Source: Candidatus Harrisonbacteria bacterium | GTDB lineage: Bacteria; Patescibacteriota; Minisyncoccia; UBA6257; 1-14-0-10-44-23 | Assembly: GCA_023255625.1 (NCBI GenBank) | Contig: JAHFLF010000003.1 | Span: forward strand, 2,105 to 66,104 | Length of the DNA stretch: 64,000 nt | Direction of reading: 5' to 3' | Part shown: one piece after another, positions 46,873 through 56,288 of the stretch | How the letters are laid out: every line of letters begins with the position of its first letter | How positions within the stretch are numbered: position 1 is the stretch's first letter | Position numbers and translations under genes: made by a program | The notes under the pieces: generated by a model | The model's input: only the letters and a program-made list of their open reading frames with translations | Told to the model about the DNA's origin: nothing | Database searches by the model: none

Positions 46873-47736
46873 CTAAATTTGTTTAATCCAATTAGTGATC
46901 TTTTTTGCGAACTCTTTTTCTTTACCTTTGAAACTATGACTGGCGTCCTTAATCTCCATCGCATCAACAACGGGCGAACTAAAAAGATGACCGACGATCT
47001 CAGTAAAATACTTGTGCACCGGCAACGATAGATGCTCATCTTTATCTCCAATAATGACGCAAACCGGTACATTGATCCTGCTTAAAATATTCCACTTTCC
47101 ACCATAGCCGTGATATGGGAAGGTGTCCTCAACTCCGCCAGGAGTAAATAAACTTACATATCTCTGCGCATTCATAAAAACGTCAAATTTCTTATATGAC
47201 AAAATCTCCGATGGGTTGTGTTCTGCAACTTTAGTCGCTTCAGCCAACAACTTACGCATTTTTTTATCGAGCGGACGCACATCAGTTAATCCTGCCGCAA
47301 AAACCGCCCCACAGACCATAGCGCTGGGCTTCCTAGATAAATAATATGAAATTTTGTTTGCACCGGTACTGTGACCGATGAGAATCACTTTTTTGCAGCC
47401 ACGAGAACGCATGAAACGGATGGTCGCATCAATATCTTTAACGCAATCGGTGAATTTCTCAAACCCACCTCCGATAAAATATCTTGTACCATCTTTTCTT
47501 TTTTCGCTATCAACCATATCGTGCCCACGATTGTTAAAAACTGCGTATGCATAACCTGCATCAGTTGCTGTTTGCGCGAGCGTCTGCATAAGTCCGGCAT
47601 TGTGCGAAAAGGCACTTGTCAATCCGTGAACCCAGACAATGCCAATGTTCGCATTACGCTTTGGAACAGCAAAAAGGCCCTCATGAGTGAGGCCATCGCT
47701 TGTCGTGATCTGCGCCAATTCAAAAAGTTGCTTCAT
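46873..47736 (-). CDS. alpha/beta-hydrolase fold protein (esterase/lipase-like)
   Basis: GHSTG nucleophile elbow. Its start codon is 1 nt from the tRNA-Val 3' end. Confidence 0.55.
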   Translation of the reverse strand: MKQLFELAQITTSDGLTHEGLFAVPKRNANIGIVWVHGLTSAFSHNAGLMQTLAQTATDAGYAYAVFNNRGHDMVDSEKRKDGTRYFIGGGFEKFTDCVKDIDATIRFMRSRGCKKVILIGHSTGANKISYYLSRKPSAMVCGAVFAAGLTDVRPLDKKMRKLLAEATKVAEHNPSEILSYKKFDVFMNAQRYVSLFTPGGVEDTFPYHGYGGKWNILSRINVPVCVIIGDKDEHLSLPVHKYFTEIVGHLFSSPVVDAMEIKDASHSFKGKEKEFAKKITNWIKQI

Positions 47737-47737
47737 G

Positions 47738-47811
47738 TGCGCGTGCCCTGATTCGAACAGGGTACCTCGTCGATGTCAACGACGCGCTCTAACCAAGTGA
47801 GCTACACGCGC
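47738..47811 (-). tRNA. tRNA-Val (anticodon GAC)
   Basis: GCGCGTG TA GCTC ACTTGGTTA GAGC G CGTCG TTGACAT CGACG AGGTA CCCTG TTCGAAT CAGGG CACGCGC A. Confidence 0.85.
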
Positions 47812-48494
47812 AATAAAAGCCTCTCGCAAAAATCTCTACTAATATTAATCAATTTACGCTGAATTGCAACATTAGCACATCTTAGAGAGCAAACGCCATG
47901 GTAGGCGGGGTATGTCTTTGATCCAATGGTTCGTTTGTCAAAATTCACTTGTTTAAAATTTTCAACCGGAATATCCAGCTCTTTTGACCAATGTCGTTTC
48001 ATTGCGTCGCCATCTTGGTCTGCTCTGAGATACAATTCACATCTGATTTTCTGAGTATCAATTTTATAATTTTTTCTAAGAATATATAAGAAAGTTTTGA
48101 GAATTAAGGGGTCAGAATTGCCAATTCCTGTTTCATCGTTACTCTTAAAGCCCTCGCCGAAATACAAAAATGCTAATGCCAAATCAAGAATGTCTGGATT
48201 ATCCAAATCTAAATTTTCTAAAACTGCATCTGATTGCTTTCTCGCCTCAGCAAGCCTACCAGCCTTCTGGGCATTATGCCATTCAACTGCCTTGAAACGC
48301 GCTTTAATCAGCCCCTCCCGCCAATCTCTTTTTAACTTATCTTTTTGTTTCCTACTTAACTCAACATCCTTAAGCCAAGGAGATACCGTGGACTGATTGA
48401 TTCCTAAGTGCTTAGCGATCCGTCCGATAGAAAGCCCTTTTATTCGCAAACGAATCGCTTCTTCTCTTTCTTTAACAAATTTAATACCACGCAT
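47802..48494 (-). CDS. HTH-domain protein with a single LAGLIDADG-like motif (putative free-standing homing-endonuclease-like gene)
   Basis: N-terminal HTH (LSIGRIAKHLGINQSTVSPWLK). LDLALAFLYFGEGFKSND resembles LAGLIDADG / GEGxF. Its stop overlaps the tRNA-Val 5' end by 10 nt. Confidence 0.45.
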   Translation of the reverse strand: MRGIKFVKEREEAIRLRIKGLSIGRIAKHLGINQSTVSPWLKDVELSRKQKDKLKRDWREGLIKARFKAVEWHNAQKAGRLAEARKQSDAVLENLDLDNPDILDLALAFLYFGEGFKSNDETGIGNSDPLILKTFLYILRKNYKIDTQKIRCELYLRADQDGDAMKRHWSKELDIPVENFKQVNFDKRTIGSKTYPAYHGVCSLRCANVAIQRKLINISRDFCERLLLRV

Positions 48495-48658
48495 GTATAC
48501 ATTATACCATCAGTAGTCCGAAAGTTATCAACAAAAAATGCCCGTTTGGGCAAATGCATAAATAAAGATTCTGTCGGGTCGGAGCACGCTTGCGCGCGCT
48601 CCGACCCGAACGATTGCTTCTTACTCCGAGCTACACACTCGGAGCGACGAAGCCGGAG

Positions 48659-50149
48659 TCAGACTCGAACATCTGCACCTGCTTCGTCACTTGTCTGAAC
48701 ACTGTGCCCGCTGCGCACCAGCGCCTCGGCCACCTCACCATCTAGGAATTCACGAACCTGCTCTTTCGACCGGCCCAGGAAACGAGCCGGGTCGAGCATG
48801 AAGCCCAAGTCATCGCGAACTGATGCGAAGTCCGGATCCGTCTCGATCCGGTCAAGAAGGTCGCTGTCAACCCCCTCTGCCCGCACGCGCTGCATCGCCT
48901 CCCGAGAGTGGCCGCGAATTAGCTCGTGCAATTGCTGCCGATCGCCACCGCTCTTCACGGCGAGCATGAGGATCTCCTCGGTGGCCATCGCCGGCAGCTC
49001 GCGCCGGAGGTCGCGCAGTAGCGCCGCCGGGTAGACGACGAGCCCCTTCGCGACATTCGCCTGCAGCAGCAATGCCGCGTCGATCGCGAGGAACGCCTCT
49101 GGCAGTGCGATTCGCTTGCCCGCGCTGTCATCGAGCGTCCGCTCGAACCACTGCTCCGCCGCCGTCTGTTCCGCAACGCTCGCAAGGGCCATTGCGACAC
49201 GAGCCAGCGAGGTCATCCGCTCGGAGCGCATCGGGTTGCGCTTGTACGCCATCGCCGAGGAGCCGATCTGCCCCGCAGTGACGGGTTCGTCGACATGCCC
49301 GAGCCCCATGAGCAGCCGGATGTCGTTCGCGAACTTGTGGACGGACTGGCCCACACCCGAGAGCAACTGCATCGCCTGTGCGTCGACCTTGCGCGGCGGG
49401 GTCTGCCCCGTAACCGAGAAAGTCCGGTCAAACCCCATTGACGCCGCGACACGCCGGTCGAGCTCGCGCACCTTGGCGTGGTCGCCGCCGAACAGAGTCA
49501 GGAACGATGCCTGGGTGCCGGTGGCCCCCTTGCATCCGAGGAACCGGAGATTCCGACGCCTCCATTCGCAGTCTTCGAGATCCAGGAGAAGATCCTGGAT
49601 CCAGAGGCAGACCCGCCGACCGAAGGTCGTCGGCTGTGCCGGCTGGAAGTGCGTGTACGACAGACACGGCGTCGAGATGTGCGCTTCGGCGAGATCCAGA
49701 AGCGCCACGATGACTGCGACGAGCCGCAGCTTGATCGTCTCGAGCGCCTCGCGCAGGATGATCAAGTCAGTGTTGTCGACCACATAGGCACTCGTGGCGC
49801 CCAGATGGATGATCGCGGCTGCCTTCGGACACTGGAGACCGTACGCGTGTACATGCGCCATCACATCGTGGCGCACCTCGCGTTCGCGGCGATCCGCGGC
49901 GTCGTAGTCGATGTCGTCGAGGTGCGACTCCAGCTCGACGATCTGCTCGTCCGTAATGGCGAGTCCGAGCTCCTGCTCGGCCCGCGCAAGGGCGAGCCAC
50001 AGCCGCCGCCAAGTGCGGAACTTCCGGTTGTCGCCGAACAGCTCGAGCATCACACGGCTGGCGTACCTAGTTGTGAGCGGGTTGACATATGTCTCGTGCG
50101 GATCGCCCGCATCGGTTGTCATAGCTTTCCTTCCTTCCTGGGAAATCAC
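48659..50149 (-). CDS. purB: adenylosuccinate lyase (high-GC gene)
   Basis: Lyase family 1 blocks: HLGATSAYV, HFQPAQPTTFG, GSSAMAYKRNPMRSE, LDDSA. Judged by eye at about 65% GC. Confidence 0.8.
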   Translation of the reverse strand: MISQEGRKAMTTDAGDPHETYVNPLTTRYASRVMLELFGDNRKFRTWRRLWLALARAEQELGLAITDEQIVELESHLDDIDYDAADRREREVRHDVMAHVHAYGLQCPKAAAIIHLGATSAYVVDNTDLIILREALETIKLRLVAVIVALLDLAEAHISTPCLSYTHFQPAQPTTFGRRVCLWIQDLLLDLEDCEWRRRNLRFLGCKGATGTQASFLTLFGGDHAKVRELDRRVAASMGFDRTFSVTGQTPPRKVDAQAMQLLSGVGQSVHKFANDIRLLMGLGHVDEPVTAGQIGSSAMAYKRNPMRSERMTSLARVAMALASVAEQTAAEQWFERTLDDSAGKRIALPEAFLAIDAALLLQANVAKGLVVYPAALLRDLRRELPAMATEEILMLAVKSGGDRQQLHELIRGHSREAMQRVRAEGVDSDLLDRIETDPDFASVRDDLGFMLDPARFLGRSKEQVREFLDGEVAEALVRSGHSVQTSDEAGADVRV

Positions 50150-50206
50150 GCAGACACCATGCCTGCTTTGTTCCCTGACTGTACCCTACACCAAAATAGA
50201 GCAATT

Positions 50207-50290
50207 TTGCAAAAACCTCCTGATTATCTTAGTTAGAAAATATGAATTTTGCACAAAGGGAGCACTAAATCTTATGTGCTCATCTTGTGC
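50207..50290. terminator. Long perfect hairpin (28-bp stem) between purB and folD; putative terminator or attenuator
   Basis: ttagttagaaaatatgaattttgcacaa ... ttgtgcaaaattcatattttctaactaa. Confidence 0.4.
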
Positions 50291-50314
50291 AAAATTCATA
50301 TTTTCTAACTAAAT

Positions 50315-51100
50315 TTAATTCGCTAGCTTATAAAAATTACTAAAAAGCATTGCAACGACAATCGGCCCTGTACCGCCCGGAGTTGGCGTCACGAATCCGG
50401 CAACACGGGAGACAGATTTAAAATCAACGTCACCGGAAAGTGTGTCGCTTTCGTCGCGACCGTAGCCGTAGTCAATAATCACGGCACCGTTTTTTATATC
50501 GTCCCCCTTGATGAGGCGCGGCACGCCTGTCCCGCTGACCACTAAGTCGGCATTGCGAACAACAGAAGATTCATATCCTCCTTTATTCATAATCGTAAGT
50601 TTTCTTGCTTTACCCATCAGCCAATCAGCAATCGGCCGTCCGATAAGCAAACCCGAGCCAACGATTACAACATCTTTTTCGACTACATTAAAATTGATCT
50701 CTTGCAAAATCCGCTGCAGGGCGCCAGCCGCCGGCGCCAAAATCTTGCTGGTCTCGCCGTTTAAAACATCAACATCTTTATCGATGCCTATTTCGTTCAG
50801 AACGGCAACGCGATCATATTTTTGCGGCAGCGGTAGCTGAATAATCACCGCGCCTACATCAGGATTTTCATAAATCGCTCGCACCTTTTTCTGCAATTCA
50901 ACCTGCGCAAGCGAATCCGCAAAACGATACAGATGAAATTTCACACCAAGCGACCGCGCCGCCATTTCTTTTTGCTTTAGAAAACTTAATGATGCCGAAT
51001 CATCACCAACCAAAATTGCCGCAAACTCCTTCTCTGGCACGAGTTGTTTGCGTAATTCCTTCAATATTTTTCCAGCTATATTGTTCCCGTCAATAATCAT
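50315..51100 (-). CDS. folD: bifunctional methylenetetrahydrofolate dehydrogenase/cyclohydrolase
   Basis: AAILVGDDSAS ... IIQLPLP ... VVIVGSGLLIGRP ... PGGTGPIVVAML. Confidence 0.85.
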   Translation of the reverse strand: MIIDGNNIAGKILKELRKQLVPEKEFAAILVGDDSASLSFLKQKEMAARSLGVKFHLYRFADSLAQVELQKKVRAIYENPDVGAVIIQLPLPQKYDRVAVLNEIGIDKDVDVLNGETSKILAPAAGALQRILQEINFNVVEKDVVIVGSGLLIGRPIADWLMGKARKLTIMNKGGYESSVVRNADLVVSGTGVPRLIKGDDIKNGAVIIDYGYGRDESDTLSGDVDFKSVSRVAGFVTPTPGGTGPIVVAMLFSNFYKLAN

Positions 51101-51129
51101 AAAATTAACTATACCCTTATTCGGGCGAA

Positions 51130-51390
51130 TTAGACCATAGTAAGAATCTGCTTAAAGGCGCTCGGCATTTCTTTCGCAAGTCGATAATATACATAAATGC
51201 TCCGCTGCTCTTTTTCTAATAAATCGGCCAAGAAAAGTGTTCGCAAGTGGCGCGAGGTTGCCTTAAATGATAAATGTATCTCGCCGGCAATATCCTGCAC
51301 CGTCGCCTCTCGTTCTTGCTTGAGATACTTTAATATTTGTAAGCGGCGCAAATTAGCAACTGCTTTTAATTTTTTCTCAACTTCTTTCAT
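51130..51390 (-). CDS. ArsR/SmtB-family transcriptional regulator
   Basis: LANLRRLQILKYLKQEREATVQDIAGEIHLSFKATSRHLRTL winged HTH. Confidence 0.7.
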   Translation of the reverse strand: MKEVEKKLKAVANLRRLQILKYLKQEREATVQDIAGEIHLSFKATSRHLRTLFLADLLEKEQRSIYVYYRLAKEMPSAFKQILTMV

Positions 51391-51460
51391 AATCTTTTAC
51401 TATCTTATTAAAGTATACCATGCCCTTATTCGGCCGAATGAGTCTATAGTAGATCCTTCA

Positions 51461-52735
51461 CTAATATGGGAGAGGGAAATTTTTGCAGAGCGCTACGACC
51501 TCTTTTCGGATTTTTGCTGGTGATTCTTTCTGGTCAATCAGCCGATGAATCCAGCCGGCAATAATTTTCATTTCTTTTTCTTTCATGCCGCGACTAGTAA
51601 CAAGCGGCGTGCCCATGCGAATACCGGTTGGTCGGAACGGCTTGTCGTCGCCGGGCACCGAATTACGGTTAGCAATAATGCCTGCTTTTTCAAGTAATTG
51701 CTCACCCTCGGAACCAGTCACATTTTTATTTTTTAGGTCAATGAGCAGCAAGTGGTTTTCTGTGCCGCCGGAGTAAATGGTAAATCCGTACTTCGCAAGC
51801 TCCTGCGCAAGCACCTTCGCATTTTTTACAATCTGTACCCCGTACCTCTTAAACTTCGGATCCTGCATTAGCTTGAACATAAGGGCAATCGCCGCCGTCT
51901 GGTTATTGTGTGGGCCGCCTTGAATCCCCGGGATAATGGCCTTATTGATGGCCATACCCAGCTGCTGCCCCTTCGCAAAGATAACGGCACCGCGAGGGCC
52001 CCGCATCGTCTTGTGCGTCGTCGCCATGACTGCGTCAGTGTGCGGAAACGGACTTGGATGCTGCCCCGTCGCAACTAAGCCGGCAATATGGCTGATATCG
52101 GCAACATGATACGCGCCAACTTTTTTAGCAATCTCGCCGATGCGTTTAAAATCAATCAGCCGTGAATAGGCCGTCGCACCAGAATAAATAACTTTCGGCT
52201 TGTGCTCCATCGCCAGTTTTTCAATCTGTGCATAATCAAGCAGACCGGTCTTCTCATCTAAGCCGTACTGCACCGATTTGTAAAAGATGCCTGAAAAATT
52301 CAACTTAAATCCATGAGTCAAGTGTCCGCCGTGTGCAAGCGACATACCAAGCACAGTGTCGCCCGGTTTCATGAGCGCGAAATAAATTGCCATGTTTGCC
52401 GCAGAACCAGAAGCCGCCTGCACATTCAAAAACCAAGTATCTTTATCCGCCGGATTTACCTCGTCCGATTTCATTGGCAGTTCGGTTGAGGGTTTGCCAT
52501 TTATACCGAATGCTTTAAATCCCTCGGTTTGCGCGAGCAACTCAATCTCATCGCAGAACTCATTGCCCGGATAGTAACGCCGGCGCGGATACCCTTCAGA
52601 ATATTTATTGACGAGCGGCGTGCCGAGCACTTTTAGAATTTCCGGATCAGCAATATTTTCTGACGGAATCAGCCCAATCGTCTCCTGCTGGCGCTTAGTT
52701 TCGGCATTTATTAACTTCCACAGTTTTGTATACAT
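51461..52735 (-). CDS. glyA: serine hydroxymethyltransferase
   Basis: PLP-lysine region ATTHKTMRGPRG and the overall SHMT pattern. Confidence 0.9.
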   Translation of the reverse strand: MYTKLWKLINAETKRQQETIGLIPSENIADPEILKVLGTPLVNKYSEGYPRRRYYPGNEFCDEIELLAQTEGFKAFGINGKPSTELPMKSDEVNPADKDTWFLNVQAASGSAANMAIYFALMKPGDTVLGMSLAHGGHLTHGFKLNFSGIFYKSVQYGLDEKTGLLDYAQIEKLAMEHKPKVIYSGATAYSRLIDFKRIGEIAKKVGAYHVADISHIAGLVATGQHPSPFPHTDAVMATTHKTMRGPRGAVIFAKGQQLGMAINKAIIPGIQGGPHNNQTAAIALMFKLMQDPKFKRYGVQIVKNAKVLAQELAKYGFTIYSGGTENHLLLIDLKNKNVTGSEGEQLLEKAGIIANRNSVPGDDKPFRPTGIRMGTPLVTSRGMKEKEMKIIAGWIHRLIDQKESPAKIRKEVVALCKNFPLPY

Positions 52736-52827
52736 GATGATTTTGTATAAATTGTACTCGATTTATTTACAAAATCTTCACCCCGCCAACGGCGCGGGTA
52801 ACGACTCTGTAAGATTTACTTTACCAT

Positions 52828-53592
52828 TTACTCCAATCTGATTCCACCTTTTCCTTTCTTCCACTTCGCTTTTTTAAGCAGCGGGTAAAATACATCATCC
52901 TGCGGGCGCACAAGCAGACCATCATTTTTATTTTTGGGCTTGTATGGCTTATCCGTAAACTGCACAAACGGAATGTCGGTAATAAGCGCCGCCGGCGTAG
53001 ACTCATTCCCCTCTCCCATCACAACAACAGCAGCGGCTGCAAATCCATCAGCGATATTGCGCAATGTTACCTTGAGCGGCTCGCCAAATAAATCGGGCGT
53101 ACCGCGATAATCAGTCAGTGGCACAAAACCATACGAGCCGATTGAGATGCCAACCGTGCCGCGGCGAAAAGGCAACAGATGCGAATCAGTAATTAATACA
53201 CCAACGCGCTTTACGCCATACTCTTTGCGCAGCCACTGCCAAATCTTTTTCGCCGATTCATTCGGGCTGATCGGCAGAAGAGTAAAATACTTCGCACTAT
53301 TACTCATATCAATCCCCGCAGAAGAAATGAATGCGCTGTGCTTGACCGTTGCCTGGTAATCGCCAAATCGGGTTTCCGTTTTTGGAAAATAATAATCTGC
53401 TTCAAGACGCATGAGCGCATCTTTTGTATTCCCCTTTTGTAACACACACCGCCCCTCCCAAATGCTCACCGCTTTTGAAGTAACCACCAAAACTGAATTT
53501 TCCGGCACATGCCTAATTGACCTGCGCAAAACTGCCAGCAGGTCATCCTGCGGTGGCTGTAGAACCCGAGTTTTAATTGGTTTAACGAACAT
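52828..53592 (-). CDS. CofE-like gamma-glutamyl ligase family protein
   Basis: VLVVTSKAVSIWEGR ... is typical of F420-0:gamma-glutamyl ligase-like proteins. Function in this organism unknown. Confidence 0.5.
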   Translation of the reverse strand: MFVKPIKTRVLQPPQDDLLAVLRRSIRHVPENSVLVVTSKAVSIWEGRCVLQKGNTKDALMRLEADYYFPKTETRFGDYQATVKHSAFISSAGIDMSNSAKYFTLLPISPNESAKKIWQWLRKEYGVKRVGVLITDSHLLPFRRGTVGISIGSYGFVPLTDYRGTPDLFGEPLKVTLRNIADGFAAAAVVVMGEGNESTPAALITDIPFVQFTDKPYKPKNKNDGLLVRPQDDVFYPLLKKAKWKKGKGGIRLE

Positions 53593-54109
53593 ATTTCAGT
53601 AGTAATGTCCCCCGTTTATTTAATTTCTTAACACTCGCAAGCTTAAATTTTTCCTCAAACGACCCTTCGGCAATGAGCGACTTTCCGTTACCAAAGATGA
53701 ACGGCTCAATCGTCAGTAGTATTTCGTCAATCAGCTTTGCTTTGAAAAACAAAGCGTTGATTTCACCGCCGCCAACCAAAAACAATTGCGTATACCCCTT
53801 CTTTGCATACTCTTCAACCAACTTCTGCGCAGTCGCGCTCGTAAACTCTAGTTGGCCTGGCCGTACATGTTTGCCATACCGCTTCGGCGTGCGCGTCATC
53901 ACCACACGAAGCTGCCCCGGACGAAACTCCATAAAGTCACGCGCAGCATCATAGGTTTTACTGCCCATCACGACCAGCTTCTGCTTTTTGAGTGTTCCGT
54001 AAAACAACTCTTGGTCTTCTCCAGATGCCCACTCTTGGATATCAACACTCGTCGTGCCCTTCGTAATCCGTCCGTTGATTGTAGAAACCATCATGAGCAC
54101 GACTCGCAT
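53582..54109 (-). CDS. dihydrofolate reductase-like (RibD C-terminal domain family) protein
   Basis: MVSTINGRITKG ... LVVMGSKTYDA ... LFLVGGGEINALF ... pattern. Confidence 0.55.
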   Translation of the reverse strand: MRVVLMMVSTINGRITKGTTSVDIQEWASGEDQELFYGTLKKQKLVVMGSKTYDAARDFMEFRPGQLRVVMTRTPKRYGKHVRPGQLEFTSATAQKLVEEYAKKGYTQLFLVGGGEINALFFKAKLIDEILLTIEPFIFGNGKSLIAEGSFEEKFKLASVKKLNKRGTLLLKYVR

Positions 54110-54112
54110 ATT

Positions 54113-54766
54113 CTATGCTTTCTGAATTTGCTTTTTTTCACCGCGCAGCCAGCGAATTCCAAGATACGAAAGTGGCGTAAAGGCAAAACCCATCGCAACC
54201 TTGTAGACCCACCAGGAAAGAGTAGTCGTAATGAGCACTGGCCAGGAATACACGCCGATAAATGCAATGCTCATGAACAAGACGCTGTCAAGAAACTGCG
54301 ACCAGATGTTAGACATAAGCGACCGGAGCCAAAAGTGCCGCGAACCAAACCGTGCCTTGAAAAAGAAAAACGAAAGCACATCCTGATACTCGGCAACAAT
54401 ATAGGCAACCAGCGAGGCAATCGTAATCCGCGCCGTAATACCAAACACCGTCCCGTACGCACCCTGTACCCAGCTAGCGTCATGCGACCAGGGCATGGCC
54501 AGCGAAATCATCGCGTAGATAAGAAAGACCAGATTGCTCAAGAATCCGGCAATCACAAATGACTTGGCCGTCTCCTTGCCAAACACCTCGCCGACAACAT
54601 CGGTCATGATAAAGACAATCGGAAACGAAAATACTGCCACCGACAGATGCGTGCCGAAAAGAAATGGCATTAATTTAAGTCCAAGCGTATTGGCCGCAAA
54701 CAGAGAGGTCAGGTACAGAGTCAGCGCGACGAGCAGCCGCCGCGAGGTAAAGATAGTAAGATCCAT
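54113..54766 (-). CDS. yhhQ: queuosine-precursor transporter YhhQ (VUT/DUF165) family membrane protein
   Basis: 217 aa, six TM segments, TDVVGEVFGKETAKS motif. Confidence 0.6.
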   Translation of the reverse strand: MDLTIFTSRRLLVALTLYLTSLFAANTLGLKLMPFLFGTHLSVAVFSFPIVFIMTDVVGEVFGKETAKSFVIAGFLSNLVFLIYAMISLAMPWSHDASWVQGAYGTVFGITARITIASLVAYIVAEYQDVLSFFFFKARFGSRHFWLRSLMSNIWSQFLDSVLFMSIAFIGVYSWPVLITTTLSWWVYKVAMGFAFTPLSYLGIRWLRGEKKQIQKA

Positions 54767-54934
54767 GCGAGAAATAATTTAATGGTAAAACAAAACCGCC
54801 TAACAGTGGCGGTTTCTAAACAATAACATAAGAAGCCGCCAAAAACTATGAGGCGACTCGCGAGGTAAATGAAGACCAGGTTGTGATGTGAGCGTTGTGA
54901 AGCATAGGATTAGTATAGCATAAGTTTGTCTTTG

Positions 54935-55006
54935 TGCGCGTGGGAGGGATCGAACCTCCGGCCTTTTCATTATCAGTGAAATGCTCTACCACTGAGCTAC
55001 ACGCGC
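54935..55006 (-). tRNA. tRNA-Ile (anticodon GAT)
   Basis: GCGCGTG TA GCTC AGTGGTA GAGC A TTTCA CTGATAA TGAAA AGGCC GGAGG TTCGATC CCTCC CACGCGC A. Confidence 0.85.
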
Positions 55007-55260
55007 CCTTCTTCGCTTAGCTTGGTAACTAAGCTTCGCAAGGGCAAGAGATGGTATATCTGTATCTCTCGTCCTTCCGAAGCTCGAGTACTCACGAGCG
55101 TAGGAGGAAGCTACACGCGCCCTTCTTCGCTTAGCTTGGTAACTAAGCTTCGCAAGGGCAAGAGATGGTATATCTGTATCTCTCGTCCTTCCGAAGCTCG
55201 AGTACTCACGAGCGTAGGAGGAAGCTACACGCGCCCTTCTTCGTTAAAGCTTCGCAGGGC
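55007..55260. repeat. Tandem direct repeat (107-bp unit, about 2.4 copies) abutting the tRNA-Ile 5' end; each unit ends with a mimic of the tRNA 5' end (AGCTACACGCGC)
   Basis: Unit cccttcttcgcttagcttggtaactaagcttcgcaagggcaagagatggtatatctgtatctctcgtccttccgaagctcgagtactcacgagcgtaggaggaagctacacgcg repeated at 55007-55113 and 55114-55220, then truncated to 55260. Confidence 0.8.
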
Positions 55261-55315
55261 AAGCATTAACTTAGCTATTATTTTTACCTGAATACGGCTG
55301 GTTAGTCAATGAAGG

Positions 55316-55675
55316 TTACGGCCTAGTTGTGGTCGGCTTAGCCGACGGGATTGTTGATGTCGCCAAGGTCGTTGTTGAGCCATTCGTTGTAGTCGCCACG
55401 GTTGTCGTTGCAACACTTGGCCCGGGGATTGAATATGCGCTTAAAAGAGTCGTGCTGCCCGGGTAAAGACGCTTGACAATTTCATCATATTTCGCAAAGT
55501 TAAAGGCCTGATTTTTATCAGCATCTAACTGTTCCTCGCCAAAAACAGCATCGGCTTTTTGCGTTATAGCACTCACCAGATAAATAAAGTAAGTAATCAA
55601 ACCGAGAGCCAGCAAACTAGCCGCCACCATATAAATAACCTCCCGCCGATGATTGCCAGCATTTTTAATTCTCAT
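55316..55675 (-). CDS. hypothetical membrane-anchored protein with a Thr-rich C-terminal tail
   Basis: One TM (VIYMVAASLLALGLITYFIYLV); C-terminal TTTVATTTNGSTTTLATST low complexity. Confidence 0.3.
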   Translation of the reverse strand: MRIKNAGNHRREVIYMVAASLLALGLITYFIYLVSAITQKADAVFGEEQLDADKNQAFNFAKYDEIVKRLYPGSTTLLSAYSIPGPSVATTTVATTTNGSTTTLATSTIPSAKPTTTRP

Positions 55676-56221
55676 TTATTTAGTATAAATCAACCCGTTT
55701 GTTGTTAAATTATACTTGTCTTCCAGCTGATAATTAACTGTAATGTTGTCAAAATGAATAAAGTACGGATGTGCCTCCAAAAATTTGATGAATCCAACCA
55801 GAGCGTCATATGTGCCGCTAGTGCTTAAGTCAAAATGAATGCTGCCGGGACTTTGCCCTGTCGCCTTCTTCTGTTCTCCATATTCAAATCCGGCCGTAAC
55901 GCCAAACTCTTTCGGGTAAACATTATTCATCTTGCGTCGAAAACTTAATAAATCATTTTCTCCCGGAAGCACCGTTTCAAGCCAGGTAAGCAGTGGCTCT
56001 GCCCGCTTCAAGTCGCTGTTGCCGCCGGCCAAAAGCTCAACCATCCGGTTACGCAGAGCAATCTCGTTCTTTTGAGCTCGAATATCCGCCGCTTGTTTGG
56101 TAGTATGAATATTCAGAATAACAACTGCGGCCGCCAAAACAACTATCGTAGCGACTGCGATTACCACTTGCACCAATAAGCGTCTGTAAAAATTAGTTAA
56201 AGTCATCGTATAGTATTCCAA
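55676..56221 (-). CDS. hypothetical membrane-anchored protein (PilO/PilN-like topology; low confidence)
   Basis: N-terminal TM, coiled-coil segment, then a C-terminal alpha/beta domain. Confidence 0.3.
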   Translation of the reverse strand: MEYYTMTLTNFYRRLLVQVVIAVATIVVLAAAVVILNIHTTKQAADIRAQKNEIALRNRMVELLAGGNSDLKRAEPLLTWLETVLPGENDLLSFRRKMNNVYPKEFGVTAGFEYGEQKKATGQSPGSIHFDLSTSGTYDALVGFIKFLEAHPYFIHFDNITVNYQLEDKYNLTTNGLIYTK

Positions 56222-56288
56222 ACACGCTAATCATCATGAATACGCTAAAAAAATAATCGGGAATAATTATAGTATATCATAATAAGAT

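Noticed and set aside
55007-55260. Possible CRISPR array (regular direct repeats)
   Set aside because: The units are 107 bp and directly abutting with no unique spacers. The pattern is a tandem duplication next to tRNA-Ile, not repeat-spacer architecture.
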